DNA of 64,000 nt from Bacteroidota bacterium. Lineage in GTDB: Bacteria > Bacteroidota > Bacteroidia > NS11-12g > UBA955. The position numbers and the translations under genes are program-made. The notes beneath the pieces are model-generated. The model saw nothing but the letters and a program-made list of their open reading frames with translations, made no database searches and was not told the origin of the DNA. The stretch covers positions 12,338 to 76,337 of the forward strand of contig SYIL01000035.1 of the NCBI GenBank assembly GCA_005798825.1, read 5' to 3'. Below are positions 62,180 to 64,000 of the stretch, in pieces; the stretch's first letter is position 1; each line of letters begins with the position of its first letter.

Positions 62180-64000
62180 TTGTTGCCCAATGGTAAAATG
62201 GATTTGGGTGGGTTTTCCACTTCGTGGAACCTGTGCATAATCAAATCCATAAGCCCAGTCCAATCCAATTAATCCAAACATTGGCATAAATAATCGAATC
62301 CCCACCCCGGCAGCTCTTTTCAATTGGAAGGGATTGTATTTGGCAATCGAGGACCATGCTTCGCCCGCCTCCAAAAATGCGAGTGCGTATACGGTTGCTG
62401 TTTGTCCTGTCGTAATTGCCTGTCTTAATTCAATGGTGAATTTATTGAAAATAGGAGCCCCTGCTTCACTTCCCATTGCGGTAGCAGAAATGGTGTAATT
62501 GTCATACCCGCGCTGAGATATAATTTCTGTGGCTGCAATGTTAAAGCCAAACATTCCGGCTCCACCAACCTGAAATCGCTCGAAAAAGGTTAATCCCAGT
62601 TTAGGATTATAAGATCCCAAGAATCCCATTCTGACCTTTGTCATCAGAATCAATTTTTTATATACAGGGGTATACCACTCAGCATCAAATTTCCATTTGT
62701 GGTATTCCGCCCATTTGTATTTTTCGGTAATACTCATTTTGTCAATATCTTGGTTTAGAATCAATGAAATTGGAGGCGTTGCACTAAGCCAAATTGTAAA
62801 CTGACTGCCACTCATAGGGAAAATTACATCGCTCAAAGAAGATCTTGTCAAGGAAAGAGTTAAGGTTGGATTATAAGAAATTCCTTTGAATCCCTTGGGA
62901 AAGCCATAGAAACCCCCGTCCATATTTTTCATCTGATACTTATTAAAAGCAACACCATAAGACAAACTGAAGAAATCATCTGGCCAATTCAATCTTGAGT
63001 TACAATTTAATTGAACTATCGAACTCGTTAGCACCTGGTGCAAAGGATCACTTTTTTGCCTAAAATCAAAACTGTTCACAGTATGATTAAAACTAAGAGA
63101 TAGATTGTTGGGCTTTTTCCCACCAAACCAAGGCTCTCCATAACTAAAACTGTAACTCTGGAAATTGGCACCATTGCTTTGTGCCCGCAAACTCAATTTC
63201 TGCGCATCCCCGCTGGGGAATTGATTATATAAATCGGGGTGAAATAATTTTCGACGACTGAAATTATTGAGGCTTACTCCAGCAGTACCAATTAAGGAAG
63301 GGGTATTATTGGTTCCTTGGTTGAAATTTCCCATACCCATGCCACCGCCACCGCCCCAGCCTCCAGACAGTTCTATTTGATCAGAGGGTTTTTCGATAAC
63401 AAGGTATTCAATGTCTACCGTTCCATCTTCGGCATTGGGTTTGGGGTTGACATTCAATTTCTCAGGATCAAACAAGCCCAGAGTTGACAAATCGCGCATC
63501 GTTCGCTGAATATCGCTTTTTGAGAACACATCACCAGGGCGGGTTCGTATTTCACGCTGAATAACTCGATCTGATGTCTTTGTATTTCCTTTCCATTCTA
63601 CAACACCCACTTTGGTTTGTGGACCTTCCTCAATACGAATCTCTAAATCAATACTATCACGAAAAATTCCCACTTCTACGGGTATCATTCTAAAAAAGAG
63701 ATATCCGTCATTCATGTACAAACTTTGCACATCATATCCATTCTTATTGGCAGTTAAATGCTCATCAAGATCGATCTGATTAAATACATCTCCACGCCTT
63801 ATTCCCAGTATTGTGTCTAATGTTCCATTGGTATATTTGATATTTCCTTTCCAATTTATGGATCTATATCGGTATAAATTACCTTCAAATAATTGAATGT
63901 GCAATACAATCCGATCGGAAGAAATCAATTGTATACTATCGGATAAAATGCGGGCATCGCGATATCCTTTGGATAAATAACCATTGATAATATTTGACTT
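62174..64000 (-). CDS. bamA: Outer membrane protein assembly factor BamA/Omp85 family, partial (N-terminus lies beyond the window end)
   Basis: POTRA-like segments are followed by a C-terminal beta-barrel with a glycine-rich loop ([14 protein letters not shown]). The frame remains open upstream of 63928 to the window end. Confidence 0.6.
   Translation of the reverse strand, partial: KSNIINGYLSKGYRDARILSDSIQLISSDRIVLHIQLFEGNLYRYRSINWKGNIKYTNGTLDTILGIRRGDVFNQIDLDEHLTANKNGYDVQSLYMNDGYLFFRMIPVEVGIFRDSIDLEIRIEEGPQTKVGVVEWKGNTKTSDRVIQREIRTRPGDVFSKSDIQRTMRDLSTLGLFDPEKLNVNPKPNAEDGTVDIEYLVIEKPSDQIELSGGWGGGGGMGMGNFNQGTNNTPSLIGTAGVSLNNFSRRKLFHPDLYNQFPSGDAQKLSLRAQSNGANFQSYSFSYGEPWFGGKKPNNLSLSFNHTVNSFDFRQKSDPLHQVLTSSIVQLNCNSRLNWPDDFFSLSYGVAFNKYQMKNMDGGFYGFPKGFKGISYNPTLTLSLTRSSLSDVIFPMSGSQFTIWLSATPPISLILNQDIDKMSITEKYKWAEYHKWKFDAEWYTPVYKKLILMTKVRMGFLGSYNPKLGLTFFERFQVGGAGMFGFNIAATEIISQRGYDNYTISATAMGSEAGAPIFNKFTIELRQAITTGQTATVYALAFLEAGEAWSSIAKYNPFQLKRAAGVGIRLFMPMFGLIGLDWAYGFDYAQVPRSGKPTQIHFTIGQQL

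Noticed and set aside
1-64000. Search for CRISPR arrays, transposases/IS elements, integrases, restriction-modification, toxin-antitoxin or other defence systems
   Set aside because: I saw no direct-repeat/spacer periodicity. I saw no DDE/HUH transposase, tyrosine or serine recombinase, reverse transcriptase, methyltransferase/REase or Cas motifs in any frame. The region appears to be core chromosome.

Overview
This 64-kb window is a gene-dense, largely housekeeping chromosomal region with strong Bacteroidota character. I found about 49 protein-coding genes and no rRNA or tRNA genes. I saw no CRISPR array, transposase, integrase or recognisable defence system.

Three observations support the Bacteroidota assignment. 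Five predicted proteins end in type-IX-secretion (T9SS) C-terminal sorting domains. Fe-S assembly uses an iscS-iscU-iscA set. Many start codons are preceded by the Bacteroidetes-type -7 promoter motif TAnnTTTG with very short leaders.

The core genes I can support from sequence are:
- Translation and RNA genes: leuS, gltX, obg, der, rlmN, rlmB and ffh.
- Stress and repair genes: htpG and recX.
- Cofactor and lipid genes: fabI, pdxH, nadK and folA.
- Envelope biogenesis genes: two tandem SurA-like peptidyl-prolyl isomerases (the SurA copy is partial at the 5' window edge), kdsC, a Wzz-like protein, an O-antigen-ligase-like protein, and a BamA gene that is partial at the 3' window edge.

Four regions are less ordinary:
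- A co-directional glycosylation cluster at 46000-53543: a DUF2723 GT-C-like membrane protein, RlmB, a DegT-type aminotransferase, UDP-glucose 6-dehydrogenase and UDP-glucuronate decarboxylase.
- An operon at 55710-59604: a T9SS-secreted M1 aminopeptidase with a putative MbnP-like lipoprotein and a di-haem cytochrome c peroxidase (MauG/MbnH-like), suggesting a tryptophan-modifying or copper-handling pair.
- A cluster of secreted or membrane phosphoesterase and nuclease genes at 37667-41595.
- Single-gene oddities: a ChaN-family protein carrying an in-frame (His-Leu)5 hexanucleotide repeat, a DHFR with a roughly 60-aa insertion, and an orphan OppC/DppC-type ABC permease.

I cannot name a complete, clearly novel system from sequence alone. 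The candidates above are the best I can support.

The supplied ORF track labels TTG and GTG starts as M, so I moved several starts to the nearest plausible ATG. All functional calls rest on motif recognition by eye and need homology searches to confirm.
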